Source: Eledone cirrhosa (Eukaryota). Taken from it: a DNA stretch of 64,000 bases. Shown here piece by piece: positions 1-13,680 of this stretch. Where the stretch lies: the NCBI GenBank assembly GCA_964016885.1, contig OZ024747.1, forward strand, positions 73,346,001-73,410,000. The letters are read 5' to 3'. How positions within the stretch are numbered: position 1 is the first letter of the stretch; every line of letters starts with the position of its first letter. The notes under the pieces were generated by a model. The model made no database searches. It had not been told where the DNA came from and saw nothing but the letters and a program-made list of their open reading frames with translations. Both the position numbers and the translations under genes were made by a program.

Positions 1-27
1 GGCCCGTCTGACAAACGGCGACCACAC

Positions 28-126
28 CTGTTTACCGTTTAGGCAGAATATCTGGAGATGCCGCAGCCTCAGCGCGTGTCTGCGCATCATTAGCCACGGC
101 ATGCCCAGCCCTCCACGTAGAGGGTG
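28..126 (-). CDS. Candidate internal coding exon (99 nt, phase 0-0) HPLRGGLGMPWLMMRRHALRLRHLQIFCLNGKQ of an unidentified host gene
   Basis: GC-rich island in AT-rich DNA; minus strand has acceptor ctactacttctccAG at 127-128 and donor CAG|GTgtgg at 26-27; open frame, length divisible by 3. Confidence 0.6.
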
Positions 127-133
127 CTGGAGA

Positions 134-245
134 AGTAGTAGTAATAATGATAGCAGTAGTAGTGGTTGTGGTGGTGATAATAGTAGTAGTAATAATGATA
201 GTAGTAGTAGTGGATGTGGTGGTGGTAATAGTAGTAGTAGTAGTA
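134..245. repeat. (TAG/TGG/TAA)n compound trinucleotide microsatellite
   Basis: Direct reading. Confidence 0.9.
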
Positions 246-1510
246 TAAACTAAATTATTAGAAGACGTGAGTCTAACAAAATATTTTATAGTTTAGATTT
301 AAAAAAAAACGAAAAAAAAAACAATGATTTTGAATCAGATGCGTTTTACTCATCTGACGTCACCAATAATAGTGAGGGCATCTGTTAGTGTAGGTGTGTA
401 GTGACGGTATTGATATGGAACAATTTTACATGCTTACATTGTACATCAAATACCATTGTTTAACGAAGCAAATCAATTGGGAGTGAGACGGAATAAAAAA
501 CACTAATTGTGCTTTCAACAATGTATTGAGGCTGAGATATATTCTCATCGAACTGACTGTCAGAGGACGAAATTAACTTAAATTTATATTCTGCCCTGTC
601 TCGCAAAATTTAAACATTCAATTTCTATTTTACTCATTTTTTGTCTTTTCTACATTCAGTGTTACGTTCTTATTTTCTATTGTTTATCACATTTGTATTC
701 ATCACTTTCATTGTGACTTTCAGCCAAATACTATATTCAAGACATTCATAGATTTTTCTTCTTCATTTTATAGGAACTTGTAATTGCATATTTCCTCTAA
801 ATAGCTACCATAGACATCTTGCCCGACTGTAAAATCACACTAGTGGGATTTGTAAGAGATAAATAAAGAAGAAAATTAAATAAAACGTACAAACGAATCA
901 GAAAACAATAGCGTATTTATTTCTAAAAAAAATGGAGTCAACTTAGCGGAAAAAGATCGTTCAAAAAAGCATTTCAATGCAGGACTTCCTTCACTTTTGG
1001 GTATATCGAATTTCAATGAAAATTAACATCAAAGTATACGTATAAAAGAGGGGAAATACTCATAATTCATCGCCAGTGACATGCGAATCAGTCTGTTTCT
1101 GGCAAAGAAATATCGAGCTTTGTAACAGACGTACTTTACTTTTGTCTTAATACTCTTTTTTTGTAAGTTTAGATTTATGGCGAAATCTTATTACAGCATA
1201 AAAAGTTAAAACTAAAACTAAAACTTCATAAAAATGATACGAATTTAGAATTTCCTTTCTTTCTTCTATTTGTTTATATTTTTGTGGTATATCTTGAAGC
1301 TTTTTAAAATAAAAGAGTGAGAAACAAATGCAAATCTATGTTGGCGAAGATCATAAATTACAGCTTGTTAGCAAAAGAAGAGATTAACTGAAAAGGCCAA
1401 TAGTAAACTGTGACAGATCCAGTTTCTAACAACGATATCATTATTGATTTTATTGTTTTCAACTAATTCAGCTTCTATAAATAAATTATTTACTGCATAT
1501 ATTGCTCTAT

Positions 1511-1650
1511 GGAGGTATGCGACCTAGTGGTAAGTGTGTTGGACTTGCGATCATAATGTTGTGTTTTCGATTCCTGGGTTGGGTTGTGTGTTGTGTTCTT
1601 GAGCAAAACACTTCATTTCGCGTTGCTTTAATATACTCAACTAAAGACGA
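1511..1650 (+). mobile_element. tRNA-derived SINE (family A), decayed
   Basis: A-box-like GACCTAGTGG, B-box-like TTCGATTCC, then TGTGTTCTTGAGCAAAACACTT central motif shared with 3060 and the minus-strand copy at 27790. Confidence 0.7.
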
Positions 1651-3049
1651 GTATCTGGTGGTTTAAACACCACGAATCTTTCTACTAAATTTCTGGTGTG
1701 GTGCCAGTTCTTGGTTTACGTGATACTTGAAAGGCGCATTGCACTTAAAACGCCTTTCTCTTTTAAACACACACACACACACACACACACTCAGAGGACC
1801 AGCTGCAGAAGACCAACTGCAACCACACGGTCACATGGGCATACGCACACACATACACAAACTGATGTAAACATTCAAGCATATTTTCTTAAATGCGGGA
1901 AAAAAAATGAAACGTTTGTTTTAAAATGCATTCTTGGTGAAGATATAGTGAAGTGTTGCAATCATATATGAGAGAATGCTGTAGTTAGCTATCAATAATT
2001 GAGCCGATCTATCAAATCTTAAGAAATATAGTGAAAGAAAAAAAAGAGATGCCATGATATTCACTCTATTAACTGACACAGAATAAACAAATCTTTCGCT
2101 AATTAAATGATATTTTTTCGATCAGCAGAACGACATAGATCTTGAACTTTGTTACCCAATAGAATATAACTATTGAGAAAGTTTAATGTTAACATATAAT
2201 TAGGCGGAAGGCCAGAGGAGAATGTAGCAGGATATATGTTGAAATTCTACTGCCATGAATAAATAATGACTGTATAGAATGGCAGTGTTAATTATGTATT
2301 GAACCACATACTGTATGATGAAATCTATTTTGTGTATGTAAGTGTACGCCATGTGACAAAAGCACTCGGCTAAACAAAAGCTAATGGAAGTAGATAACAA
2401 TATCTCGGCTTCGATTCTTCTTTGATAAAATACATAAAACAGATAATTTAGTCGATGAAATCTATACCAGCATTTGTAGGATGTTACCTAAGAAACATAA
2501 TTTTATTTTAACCTCAACAGAATTTGAACAAGGTACATAAAAGCTATATTTAAATATCGGAAATGATTTTGTAGAACACCCGAGAGATTCTACCAAGCCT
2601 GCAGTCATATAAATATCTTATGTAGGTTTTTAGCTCCAGATAAGACAGAATCAAGTAGACACATGATAAAACAAGTGTCATGAAGAAATATGGCGACTGC
2701 GTGCTATCTATCGGTACCAAGGATCATATTAATAACTACACATATTAGAAAGTATACTTTTTCAAACATTCCCTCTACCTAAGGCCTAGACAGTTTCCGT
2801 GTTAATGTGCGCGAAGGACGATGAAGTATGATTCTTTTTCGTACCTCTCACCACATTGCAGTTTTTGTAGTCTTATTCGTGTCAGTCACCAATCAGGTTC
2901 TTTCTCAAAACCGCGAAGACTAGGCTTTTCTAGAGGCGACCTTTAGTTGCTTTGTCATAGCTACATCACTAGGTGGTTAGGAACATATAATAATCACATG
3001 AAAAAGAAAACCGGTTTTATTAAACATTCTACTTAGGCTGGAAGAACGT

Positions 3050-3295
3050 GTGAACAAAACTCCTTGAGCAAGAAACTTTATTTCACCTTGCTCCAGTTAA
3101 CTCAGCTAGCAAAAATGAGTTGTACTTGTAATTGGAAGGTTATGCAGGCCTTTTCGCATTCTCTGTCATGCTGAATCTCCCTGAGAACTACGTTAAAGAT
3201 ATGTGTGTCTGCGATTTGCACGTTAATTTCACGACCAAGCTGATCCGTTGATCAACTGGAACACTCTGCGTCGTCACCGGTGGAGTGCCAGTATC
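3050..3295 (+). mobile_element. SINE family A body and 3' part
   Basis: TCCTTGAGCAAGAAACTTTATTTCACCTTGCTCCAG motif; decayed relatives near 15320-15560, 19650-19800 and 25270-25520. Confidence 0.6.
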
Positions 3296-3739
3296 GTACG
3301 ACGTGCATAATTTGTGACCTAAACAAAAATAAAAATACTATTACTAATAAACGTAAGTGGTTTGTCAATACTTCGATTGTTAGAGAATCAACATAGCTTC
3401 GTAATTCCCAGGCTGCAACTATCCGAGATGATAAATAATCTGAAGACCACAAAATGTAATGTGTGGATGAATGTTGTGAAAATGCTACCGAAATGAATAT
3501 TTTGTGTTTTTATATATCTTCTTTTACCACGGAGCAGGTGGCCAATTAAGCTCGGAAACTCCAATAGGAGAAATAATGAAAGAAAATATACATACATACA
3601 TGTATGCATAGATGCATGCGTAGATACATGCATACATATATACATACATAGAAAAATATATACATATATGCATTCATATATACACAGATACTTTCATACA
3701 TACATACATAAACATATACATACATGTACACATGTATAC

Positions 3740-4248
3740 ATGGTGGCTGCCAACTCGTTTTCGAGTACGGCCACTATTTTATATCCATGTAGGAGAACAC
3801 CTACCGATGCGCTGAACGAGTGTCACTTTTTAGTCCAGCCAGCGACTTGAAAACTCTGGTACAAACACTACACTTGTGACAATTACTGACACATAGTGCT
3901 GGGCCCATTGTACTCTGTGATGACAAGTGCAGAGAGATCTCCAGATATAAAGCAATGGCTGTGCCGTGAAGCTTTTATAGTGAGAAAAAGCACTGCACAA
4001 AGCCAGTCCCACTCTCTTAATCAAGATGATATTTACCAAAAAGAAGAACATGTCAACATCATTGGATACCATCAGGGTTGCAGGTGTTATATCAGAGTTT
4101 TCTTTCTCCTAGAATTCTGCCTTGACAAAGGCTAAGGGGTCATCTTTCCCGGTGATTTTGGATGGCCATTGACTCTTAAGATCTCCTTTGCCCTTTTGAC
4201 AGGTTTTGTTTTTAGTCCTGCAGGATGTCCAAAGTCACCCTCCTCACC
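3740..4248 (-). mobile_element. Non-autonomous RTE-derived element (putative 5' region fused to an RTE C-terminal zinc finger)
   Basis: Minus 3887-3801 reads SNCHKCSVCTRVFKSLAGLKSDTRSAHR*, like the C2H2 finger ending RTE/BovB ORFs; 5' part homologous to 27505-27580; flanked by (TACA)n. Confidence 0.6.
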
Positions 4249-5654
4249 ATACATACATACATACATATATACAGTCATGCATATATACTTGCATGCACAC
4301 ATGCATACGTATATATATATCATACATATATACATACGTACTTAGAAACATACATACATACCTATATATATATACATACCTATATATATACATACATATA
4401 GGTATGTATATGTCAGGGCATAAGTATTAGTTATGTATGGCTCTTTATTTTATACGAAATACTTTAATTCTATTTCCATATATTTTGTAATTGCATCTGC
4501 TCCCATTTTCTGATTTGTTGTGGAATGCTTATAGAATCCTCGCATCTTTGTGTCGATACGAATGTGATTTAGGGGAGGGGGTTAGGAGGGAAAAAGGCAG
4601 AAACAGGATGTAAAGAGGGGGTCGAGAATGATATATACATTTATTTTGGCATGATGCAGTTTTTATCCACGCCGTAATAGTCTTCAGCTAAGCGTAAAAT
4701 TCTCTCAGGTGTTGTCAGATTAGCAGTACTATCTGACACTGCATCATTAATGGATATCAGACAGCTGTATTGTAAAGCAAATTTATAGTTACAACAGGTC
4801 AGCAACCTTTTAAAGTCACCTTCGTATCTACCTTACTGACGACCAATATCAAATCATATGTTTACTACGAAAATTACAAAACAATATGTTAATTCTATCC
4901 AACATGAATTATTTCTCTAATGGACGTGGATAGAGATTGACACAACCATATACAAACTACCACATACACATAACCACATACACACACTACCACAGACACA
5001 CACTACCATATACACACACAACCACATACACACACAACCACATACACACAACCACATACACACACAACAACATACACACAACCACTCACATATAAACAAA
5101 TAAATATTCTTAAAAAGACTCCAGTTGCATTTTCGATTTCCTTTCCTTATATATATATACATTTTTATATATAACTACATATGTATATAAACATACACAC
5201 ACACACATATATGTTTGTGTGTGTGTGCATATGAAATAGCCACACTCGATCACTAACTTTATTTTACAAAACGCTATCATACTCAGTTTCCCTAGAGATG
5301 GCGATATGATCGGAACTGTTATTTTTCTCTAAAAATTATTTTTTCGTTACCGCCACTGCTCGTCTCCTCAACCTTTCTATTTCTTCTTTAATTTCTCAGA
5401 GTGATGGGCTCCAGCTGGCTTAAAATAACCACGAAACACTGTACGGCGGCCCTTCGACTTCATCACGAGTTACGGGAGCATACCCAAAACAACAATAAAA
5501 AAGATTAAAAAAAACCCATTGTCTTGCAGGTGAAACAAGGAAAACCCTTTTATCTCAAACAGGAAGGAAATCACGAATGTCAAAAAGATGACCAACTCCA
5601 TCTATTAATAATATTCAAAATAATATTCAATACATGTTATTTATGTCAAAAAAC

Positions 5655-6540
5655 ATCATCATCATCATCATTCGTCGACTACTGTCGAGATGATGGATCT
5701 CAACCTCACGCCCCAGAATTCCCTGTCCCCCATCGCTGCCCCCAGGTCCTGTCTACTGATTCCCGTATCCCTAGAGATAACGTCAGGGAATGAAAGCTTC
5801 CTACTCCTAGTCAGACTGGAGTCAGGGTTCCAGAGCAAGAGAGCGGATATGATTTCATTGCTGGCACGGTGACAGTGGCCAGTAAATTGAGCTCTCCGGG
5901 ATTTTAGAAGGGCAGAGGCTCGAGGGAGTTTGCCATAGATTTTAGACAAGGTGGGATGTCGTTTCCAGGATAGGTTTTGCACTCTCATTAAGAGGCGGGT
6001 ATATGTGCCATCCAATCTCCTCTCAAGTTGTGATGTTAGTGTCCAAGTTTCGGATCCATAAAGTAATATGGGCTTAATGGTTGCTTGGAATATTTCCAGT
6101 TTTAGCTTGTTGGTAAGTTGAGATGTCCATATGGCGTGCATGTCATTGCACGCTGACCATGCCATACCCTTCCTGGTTAGAAAATCTTTTTTGGAGGAGG
6201 AGATATATGAGCCAAGATACTTGTAATCTTCCACCTGCTTAAGGGTGGTACCATCAAGGGTTCTGATGGGGTAGTTTGGGCTGTTTGCGCATCTGTTCAC
6301 ACACTCAGTCTTGGATTCGTTGAGGTACAGTCCAACACAGTTGGACGCTTGCTCCAATGACTTCAAAAGACTCAGAATTTTCCAGTGACCGACTGATCAA
6401 TGCGATGTCGTCAGCAAAGTCGGTGTCGGTCAAGTATTTTGCTGGGTAGCGTCAGCTTCTCCTAGGCTGTAGTTGGTATCCCCTATCCTGAATCCTATCC
6501 ACAGACATGCGCAAAACATAATCCACAACAATGATAAAAA
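5655..6540 (-). mobile_element. 5'-truncated RTE-clade LINE, frameshifted RT C-terminal half
   Basis: FIIVVDYVLR, TDTDFADDIALIS, YKYLGS, LLYGSETWTLT and RLDGTYTRLLMRVQN motifs; ORF 5668-6366; (ATG)n 3' tail at 5655-5670. Confidence 0.92.
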
Positions 6541-7004
6541 ACATAAAGAAAAAACACAGTAGTTTGTTCGAGACTATACAGAGACCTCTACGTGGTTGCT
6601 CCCTTGCTAGAACCTACAGTCAAACTTTCTTGAAATAAAAAAAAAAAATAGATAGGTACCTTTTATTATGTAGCTTTGAAAACAGAACAGAGCAACTAGG
6701 CTCGTAGACTGTAGCCACGTCAGCGTTAATCCTAATTCTTATTCCAATCTTTATTCTATATTTTTCTCTATTTAATTTTAACCCCTACTCACCCACACGC
6801 CCATATCTATACTTCCATGCTCACCTAAACCAACAACAAAACACAAACCGTTTACAGTTCTATACAAGTTTTATATAGCTCATTTCCTCCACACAACTCT
6901 GTATAGGTCCTTCATCTTAACTCACGTCAGGTTTCACTCTCATTCCTCACTTTCGTAACACTCACCAGAACTACGCTCAGCTACAACGACTACACACATC
7001 CTAT

Positions 7005-7039
<35 letters not shown>

Positions 7040-7623
7040 CTGTGTGTTTGTGTTTGTGTTTGTGTGTGTGTGTGTGTTTGTGTTTGTGTATGTGTGTGTG
7101 AAAGATAAATGCTGGAAAGAATAAATTTACAAGTAGTTAAAAAGATAGATAAATACATATATAATGATATGTTTAAATAAAACACCTATTTATTTAAATA
7201 TGTTTTTATTTATAGCTTAAAATTAAACTGACATGAGCGTTCCGAAATTTATACGAAAAATATGATACATAGTTGCATAAATGTTGTATAAAATGATTTA
7301 CGCATCGGAGAGATGTTTATGTAAAGTTTGAGTCTGTTATCGACTTGTGATCGTCTATTATACTCCATAGGCTATAGAATCTAAGGTCCTAACGTGCAGA
7401 AGAGCATATCAAACATTACGGTTTAGAAGGTCAACGATACGTATAGCAAATTAATACAGCCATTGACTTAATAACCGATTCATATGATGTCAGCTATTGA
7501 TGCATAATTATTTTGTCAGCTTCTGTCAGAAGTCATGCAAAATCGCAATATTGATCAACTTCGATAGCACACACACACTCACTATATCTTTCTCTATTTC
7601 TCTCTCTATCTCTCTCTCACTTC

Positions 7624-7671
<48 letters not shown>

Positions 7672-7875
7672 ATTTCTCTCTCTTTCTCTCCCACTTCATC
7701 TCTCTCTCTCTCCCCTCTCTCTCTCTCTCTGTCAGTTTCTGTCTTTCGATTTTTATCTGTCATTCTGCACCAAGTGACGGCCACCCTCTCCCTCATTGTA
7801 TATTTACTTTCACCGGCTTACAACATACACATAAACATGCATAGTTACACACGCACACGCACGCACACGCACGCA

Positions 7876-7925
<50 letters not shown>

Positions 7926-8116
7926 TGTTCAGATCAACTCTTTGTGCTTTGAGTTCAAATCTTACCAATGTCAACTCTGTCTTCCTTTCGGCGCCGAGAA
8001 ATAAAGTAACAATCCAATACCGAGTTCGATTCTTCTCGTTCTCTTTTTATCTCGAACTTTCTGGAAGAATTCACATGTGGTATGTATTGCAGAGAGATAA
8101 CGCTGCCGAGTTTACG

Positions 8117-8162
<46 letters not shown>

Positions 8163-8166
<4 letters not shown>

Positions 8167-8306
8167 ATAATAATAAATTTGAAGACTAAAATCCAAAGGG
8201 GGCTCGATATATATCAAATATATAAGAACCCTAGAGCAAATATTTATTAAAATAACAGATTAAAGTTTAAGCAAAAAAGAATCGCTGCTTAAACTTTAAT
8301 CCGTTA

Positions 8307-8314
<8 letters not shown>
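8163..8314 (-). mobile_element. Mini fold-back element in (TA)n (family F1, copy 1)
   Basis: 29-bp arms 8245-8273 / 8286-8314 plus ~80-nt one-sided tail; close copy at 45158-45309, tail-only copy at 56386-56465. Confidence 0.8.
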
Positions 8315-8364
<50 letters not shown>

Positions 8365-8463
8365 TTTTGAGAAAGGAATTATATATATATATATATATAT
8401 AATTCCTTTCTCAAAAAGCAGAAATATAAAGAAAGTGGAAAGTGAAGTGAAAAAGGAAGAAAC

Positions 8464-8504
<41 letters not shown>

Positions 8505-9588
8505 AGTGTGTGTGTATGTGTGTATGTATGTGTGTATGTATGAATATATATATATATACAGTATATATATATATATAAATATAATTGACTACAATAAACC
8601 TGTTTCAGTCATATTACATCTTATATAGCTCAAATAATATATCAGCCTAAGAGGTAATATTTGTATAGCTTCAGTTTTCCAATGATATACTTATTTGTAA
8701 AAAGTTACAGTAAATTAAATGTAAGCTTGGCAAGTAAATCATACATTTTGAAATAAAAATATTATTTCACCTACTAAATCGTGCTTATATATATACTGTA
8801 TTATAATAATACATTAAATATTGAATAATAACTATTCAATTTTCAGAGTCTTACATTTAATGATACTTCTTAATTACTGTATTATAAAGCACGATTGTTC
8901 TCAACTGAATACATAGAAATATATAGAAATATATCATGAATTAAAATATATGTTGATAACATTTTAAGAGTATATATTCCAAAATTGTTATCTCAGATTT
9001 TTCTATTAATTAAACATTGAAATATCTTAATATTTGATTTATTTTCATATATTTTCAATAAAATATTTTTATAATTACTCTCTATCTCCTTCTAGGTTTT
9101 ATATGTAATTTAAATTTAAATTGCCTGTTATGTCCCAAGGCATTACAGTGCCATCTTATTTCATAATACCTATTTTGAAAGTTTCTAATGCTATATTTTC
9201 CTTATGTCACGATCGAAGATGTTTTTCATATATAGAATATATTCATATATTTTATCAGCTAATATTAAAAGATTGTATAAACAAATAATATTAATACTTG
9301 CCCTGATGAATGGTTGGTATACAACTCAAAACCTATGATCCACCTGTAGAGCTGGTATTGAAATAACATAAAGCACACAACACATATTTTGAATTAAATA
9401 ATGCAACTCTTAGTTATATAACGGGTAAATTAACATCTGTCTATCGATATATCTATATATTGCACAGACACAAATACATATATAGGCATATGGCCATCTA
9501 AAAAACATAGCGTAATGAGGTTGTTTGCTTGCAAACTAATCGAATATTATAATTCGATATAAAACTCACGATTGCATTTACACACACG

Positions 9589-9633
<45 letters not shown>

Positions 9634-9634
<1 letters not shown>

Positions 9635-9834
9635 ACGTGACACAGAGGAGACTGGGGTTGACACTGCACTGAGTGCCCCTGCATGGACACGCTGGAAGAG
9701 GAAGACCAAGGTTAACATATGTTGATGCCCTAAGGGCAGACACTGGTCTCTTGGAGACGCAGGACATAGCAGCGATAATGAGGGAAATGAACCGCTGGAG
9801 AGAACTCGTCCATGGATCTCGGGAATTTTACCCG

Positions 9835-9838
<4 letters not shown>
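9634..9838 (+). mobile_element. RTE-clade LINE 3' fragment (second family)
   Basis: PLHGHAGRGRPRLTYVDALRADTG...MREMNRWRELV, typical RTE C-terminus; bounded by (TA)n. Confidence 0.8.
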
Positions 9839-9877
<39 letters not shown>

Positions 9878-9879
<2 letters not shown>

Positions 9880-10444
9880 GGTATTGGACAAAATAATGGA
9901 AACACCGAGCATCATAGCATCATAATTTTGAAATATTTATAAAACCATCAAAAGCTTGTTTATTTTTATGTTTTTTTATTTATTATTAGTGTTGCTTAAT
10001 ATGTTTTGTTAAAATTGCTGTTTTTTTTCAGATATCATCAGAAAAAGGTAATTAAAATTCATTAAAATGACAGATGTATCGGACTTCCAAAGAGGTCAAA
10101 TTGTTGGTGTTCGTATGGCAGGCGCTAGTGTAACGACAACAGCCGAAATGTTTGGTGTATCAAGAAGTACTGTCTCGAAAGTAATGACAGCCTTTGAGAA
10201 AGAGGGAAAACCCTCCTCGTCGAAACAAAACTCCGGAAGAAAACCAAAACTTTCAGATAGGGACCGTCGGACTCTTACGCGAATTGTTAGAAAGGATCAC
10301 AAAAGTACAGCTCCGAAAATTACTGCAGAGCTTAATGACCACCTCGAGAACAATAAAAATAAACAAGCTTTTGACGGTTTTATAGATGTTTCAAAATTAT
10401 GGTGGTATGATGCTTGGTGTTTCCATTATTTTGTCCAACCCCTG
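9878..10444 (+). mobile_element. Internally deleted Tc1/mariner transposon
   Basis: ~95-bp TIRs (9878-9973 / 10348-10444) starting CAG and ending CTG|TA; ORF from 10067 encodes a Tc1 paired-like HTH (SDFQRGQIVG...GVSRSTVSKV...GRKPKLSDRDRR); DDE domain missing. Confidence 0.92.
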
Positions 10445-10671
10445 TATATATATAAATATATATTTCGTTTCTGAATTTGTTTAGCAAGATTCTTTATCTG
10501 AAAACGTGTGTTGAAACCGATATTGTTATACTTTGGGAGGGTCATGTTGCCAATAAGAAACACACGCACCAGTTGCTTTCACTCTAATTTATTATAAATT
10601 AAATTTATAAATTTAAGAATTTATAAATTTCCGGTTGGTTGGTTTCACAACCGAACGGTTGTTCATATATT

Positions 10672-10714
10672 GTCAAAGTTCTTTCGTCACACATTCTGTG
10701 ACCTCTTCAGTGAC
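10672..10714 (-). ncRNA. Type I hammerhead ribozyme motif
   Basis: GUCA-CUGAAGA-G-GUCACA gaaug UGUGAC-GAAA-GAACUU-UGAC; minimal stem III. Confidence 0.75.
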
Positions 10715-10915
10715 TGGGGATTCTTTTCTTTGTGTTTGTGCCTCTCCTTTGTTCTGTCTTACGCCATCTTGTTTTTTGTGCGTGTTGTGTGCTTAGTTTG
10801 AGCATGTGTTACATCAGGGTGTCTGTGTGTGTTTATATTTGGTTATTTATTTTTTTTATTTACATGTTACTGGTTGGTTGTTTGTCTTATGTGTGTGTGT
10901 ATTTTCATTTTGTCC

Positions 10916-11735
10916 TTAATTGTAAGTTGTGATGTTGCTATTCCATTCATGTTTTCTATTTAATGTTGGTTGGAGTTCATTTATGTTTATTGCCTCTGTA
11001 ATTTGTCTAAACATTGCGTCTTTTCTGTGTGTAGATTCTATTTTCATTTCTATGTTCTCTAATTTGCCCTTATGTTCTATTTTAGCATGTTGGTGGAGTA
11101 TTGATGATTCTTTTTTATCTTGAAGTTCTCGCCAGTGTTCATTTAACCGTTCTCCTATACTACGAGCTGTCTCACCTATGTACACTATATTCTTATCTTT
11201 ACATTGTCCTTCAGTACATCTTATGCTATATACTACATTTCTAGTTTTACAGTTAATATGGGGGCTTAGTTTACAGATTATGCATTTCTTATCTATAGAG
11301 GGAGGTCTTTGAAAAGGGTATGTATTGCTAATAAGTGTTTTTATGGAGGTACCTCGTCTTTCTTCTATCTTAATATTAAGTTTAAGTTTATCTAGGGTCC
11401 TTCTAAATTTGTAAGCTAATTCACCTCTAGGGGTTGTATTGATAAACATTACACTCTGGTATTTATTGCTATCATACCATGAGTTTATTCTATTAACCTT
11501 ATTCCTAGTTCTTTCTATTCTGTTCCAAAATTTGCTCCTATAGAAGGGGCAGGTCCCATTTGTATCATTATTTATCATTTTTCCCATTTGGTTCTGGCTC
11601 CTCTATATACTCTGATTTTATCTGTCTGATTGTAACCAGAGAACTGCATACGGTGGATGAAGTGTTGTATGTGTCTCTCTAGTTCTTTGGGGTTGCACAT
11701 GCGGGACACGTTTCTCATCACCCGTACCAAATCCG
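10916..11735 (-). pseudogene. PLE RT thumb plus GIY-YIG endonuclease, one frameshift near 11580
   Basis: RMQFSGY...; CIICKLSPHINCKTRNVVYSIRC...VYIGETARSIGERLNEH...RQITEAININELQPTLNRKHEW. Confidence 0.9.
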
Positions 11736-11891
11736 CAATCAGTAACATGTAACATGTAAATAAACAAATATAAACACACACAGATACCCGGATGTAACAC
11801 ATGCGCAAACTAAGCACACAACACACTCAAAAAACAAGATGGCGTAAGACAGAACAAAAGAGAGGCACAAAAACAAAGAAAAGAATCCCCA

Positions 11892-11934
11892 GTCACTGAA
11901 GAGGTCGCAGAATGTGTGTCGAAAGAATTTTGAC
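11892..11934 (+). ncRNA. Hammerhead motif, inverted-arm copy (slightly decayed)
   Basis: GUCA-CUGAAGA-GGUCGCAGAAUGUGUGUC-GAAA-GAAUUU-UGAC. Confidence 0.6.
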
Positions 11935-12082
11935 AATATATGAACAACCGTTCGGTTATGGAACCAACCAACCAACCTGAAATTTATAAATTCTTAAATT
12001 TATAAATTTAATTTATAATAAATTGGAGTGAAAGCAACTGGTGCGTATGTTTCTTATTGGCAACATGACCCTCCCAAAGTAT

Positions 12083-12148
<66 letters not shown>

Positions 12149-12534
12149 ATAATGTGTGTACGTGCACATACATATAAGTGTTTGTGTATGTACGAATATA
12201 CATCCTTCTTGTAATTGCTATAACATCCATATATTTAACTGGTTCTGTAATTGTATACTGTGAGCTTTTAGTCTAAGAAATCTACGTCATATGCACCATT
12301 TGTATCGGTGTCAGCAAGTGTTAGCATCTACTTCACTGTCGTCAGTACATTCGAAAGCTGTTTCATCATCATCATCGTCATTATCAACACTTGCAGTTAC
12401 TAGCATGATGCTCGTCATAATTATACTCGCCATCATCAAATATCATTTTAATCAAATATCATCACAACCATTCTCTTCCTCCCCGCCATCCTCGTTATCA
12501 CCATCTTATCATCATTCGTGCCTGTTATAAACTC

Positions 12535-13210
12535 AGCAAAACCTCCACCGTCACCTCAACCGCCACCAACACCACCTCCACCGTCACCACCACCGACACC
12601 ACCACAGTCACCAACACCTCCACCTCCACCGTCACCGACACCACCACCACCTCCCACCGTCACCGTCACCAAAACCACCACCGTCACCTCAACCGCCACC
12701 AACACCACCACCGTCACCGTATCCATTACCACCATCACCTCAACCTACACCACCACCTCCACCGTCACCGCCATCAACACCTCCAACGTCACCTCAACCA
12801 ACACCACCGTCACCTTAACCAACACCAACACCTCCACCGTCACCTCAACCGCCACCAATACCACCACCGTCACCTCAACCAACACCACCGTCACCTCCAC
12901 CGCAACCACCGTCACCTCAACCAACACCACCGTCACCACCACCGTCACCTCAACCAACATCACCGTCACCTCCACCACCACCGTCACCTCAACCAACATC
13001 ACCGTCACCTCCACCACCACCGTGACCTCAACCAGCACCACCTTCACCACCACCGCAACCACCGTCACCTCAACCAACACCACCGTCACCACCACCATCG
13101 TCACCTCAACCAACATCACCGTCACCTCCACCACCACCGTCACCTCAACCAACATCACCGTCACCTCCACCACCACCGTCACCTCAACCAACACCACCGT
13201 CACCCCACCC
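12535..13210. repeat. ACC-rich imperfect minisatellite (ACCGTCACCTCAACCAACACC-type units)
   Basis: Direct reading; explains the Thr/Val-rich ORFs on both strands. Confidence 0.9.
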
Positions 13211-13564
13211 CCCATGTTACCATCAACATCAACAGCAACTATCACCACTTCTTGTTTCATCACCGTCTCTCGGTAAATATTATTTGATGAAAGGTATTCT
13301 TACTACTATGTCCCCCCCCCTCCCCGCCTCATATATAGTATTATAAGATATTGATATAAAGTCTTGATCAATAAACTTACCAAAATATGGAAACAAAACA
13401 AATATAAGTTAAAAAATACGATTAGCAAACATCAAAATTTGAATATGAGGCGTCGATGGTATGAATAATGCAGTGGAGAATCAATGCTGCCCTTACACAT
13501 ACATCATATCTGTTTATACACGAACAAAAATAGCATTACACACACACACACACACACACACTAT

Positions 13565-13595
<31 letters not shown>

Positions 13596-13610
13596 GCTCT
13601 AACACACACA

Positions 13611-13647
<37 letters not shown>

Positions 13648-13648
13648 C

Positions 13649-13680
<32 letters not shown>

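Larger units (their letters stand above)
10463..12090 (-). mobile_element. 5'-truncated Penelope-like element with inverted pseudo-LTR
   Basis: GIY-YIG ORF; inverted arms ~10519-10876 / ~11736-12090; ~55-nt tail 10463-10518 on one arm only; both ends abut (TA)n; HHR in each arm. Confidence 0.92.

Noticed and set aside
6408-6414. CUGACGA hammerhead core on the minus strand
   Set aside because: It is the ADD codons of the RTE RT; no GAAA or stems. Isolated CTGAAGA/CTGACGA hits near 4681, 28298, 37131, 44295 and 54432 were dropped for the same reason
12518-13276. Mucin-like Thr/Pro-rich CDS
   Set aside because: Open on both strands because of an ACC-rich minisatellite; no splice or domain evidence
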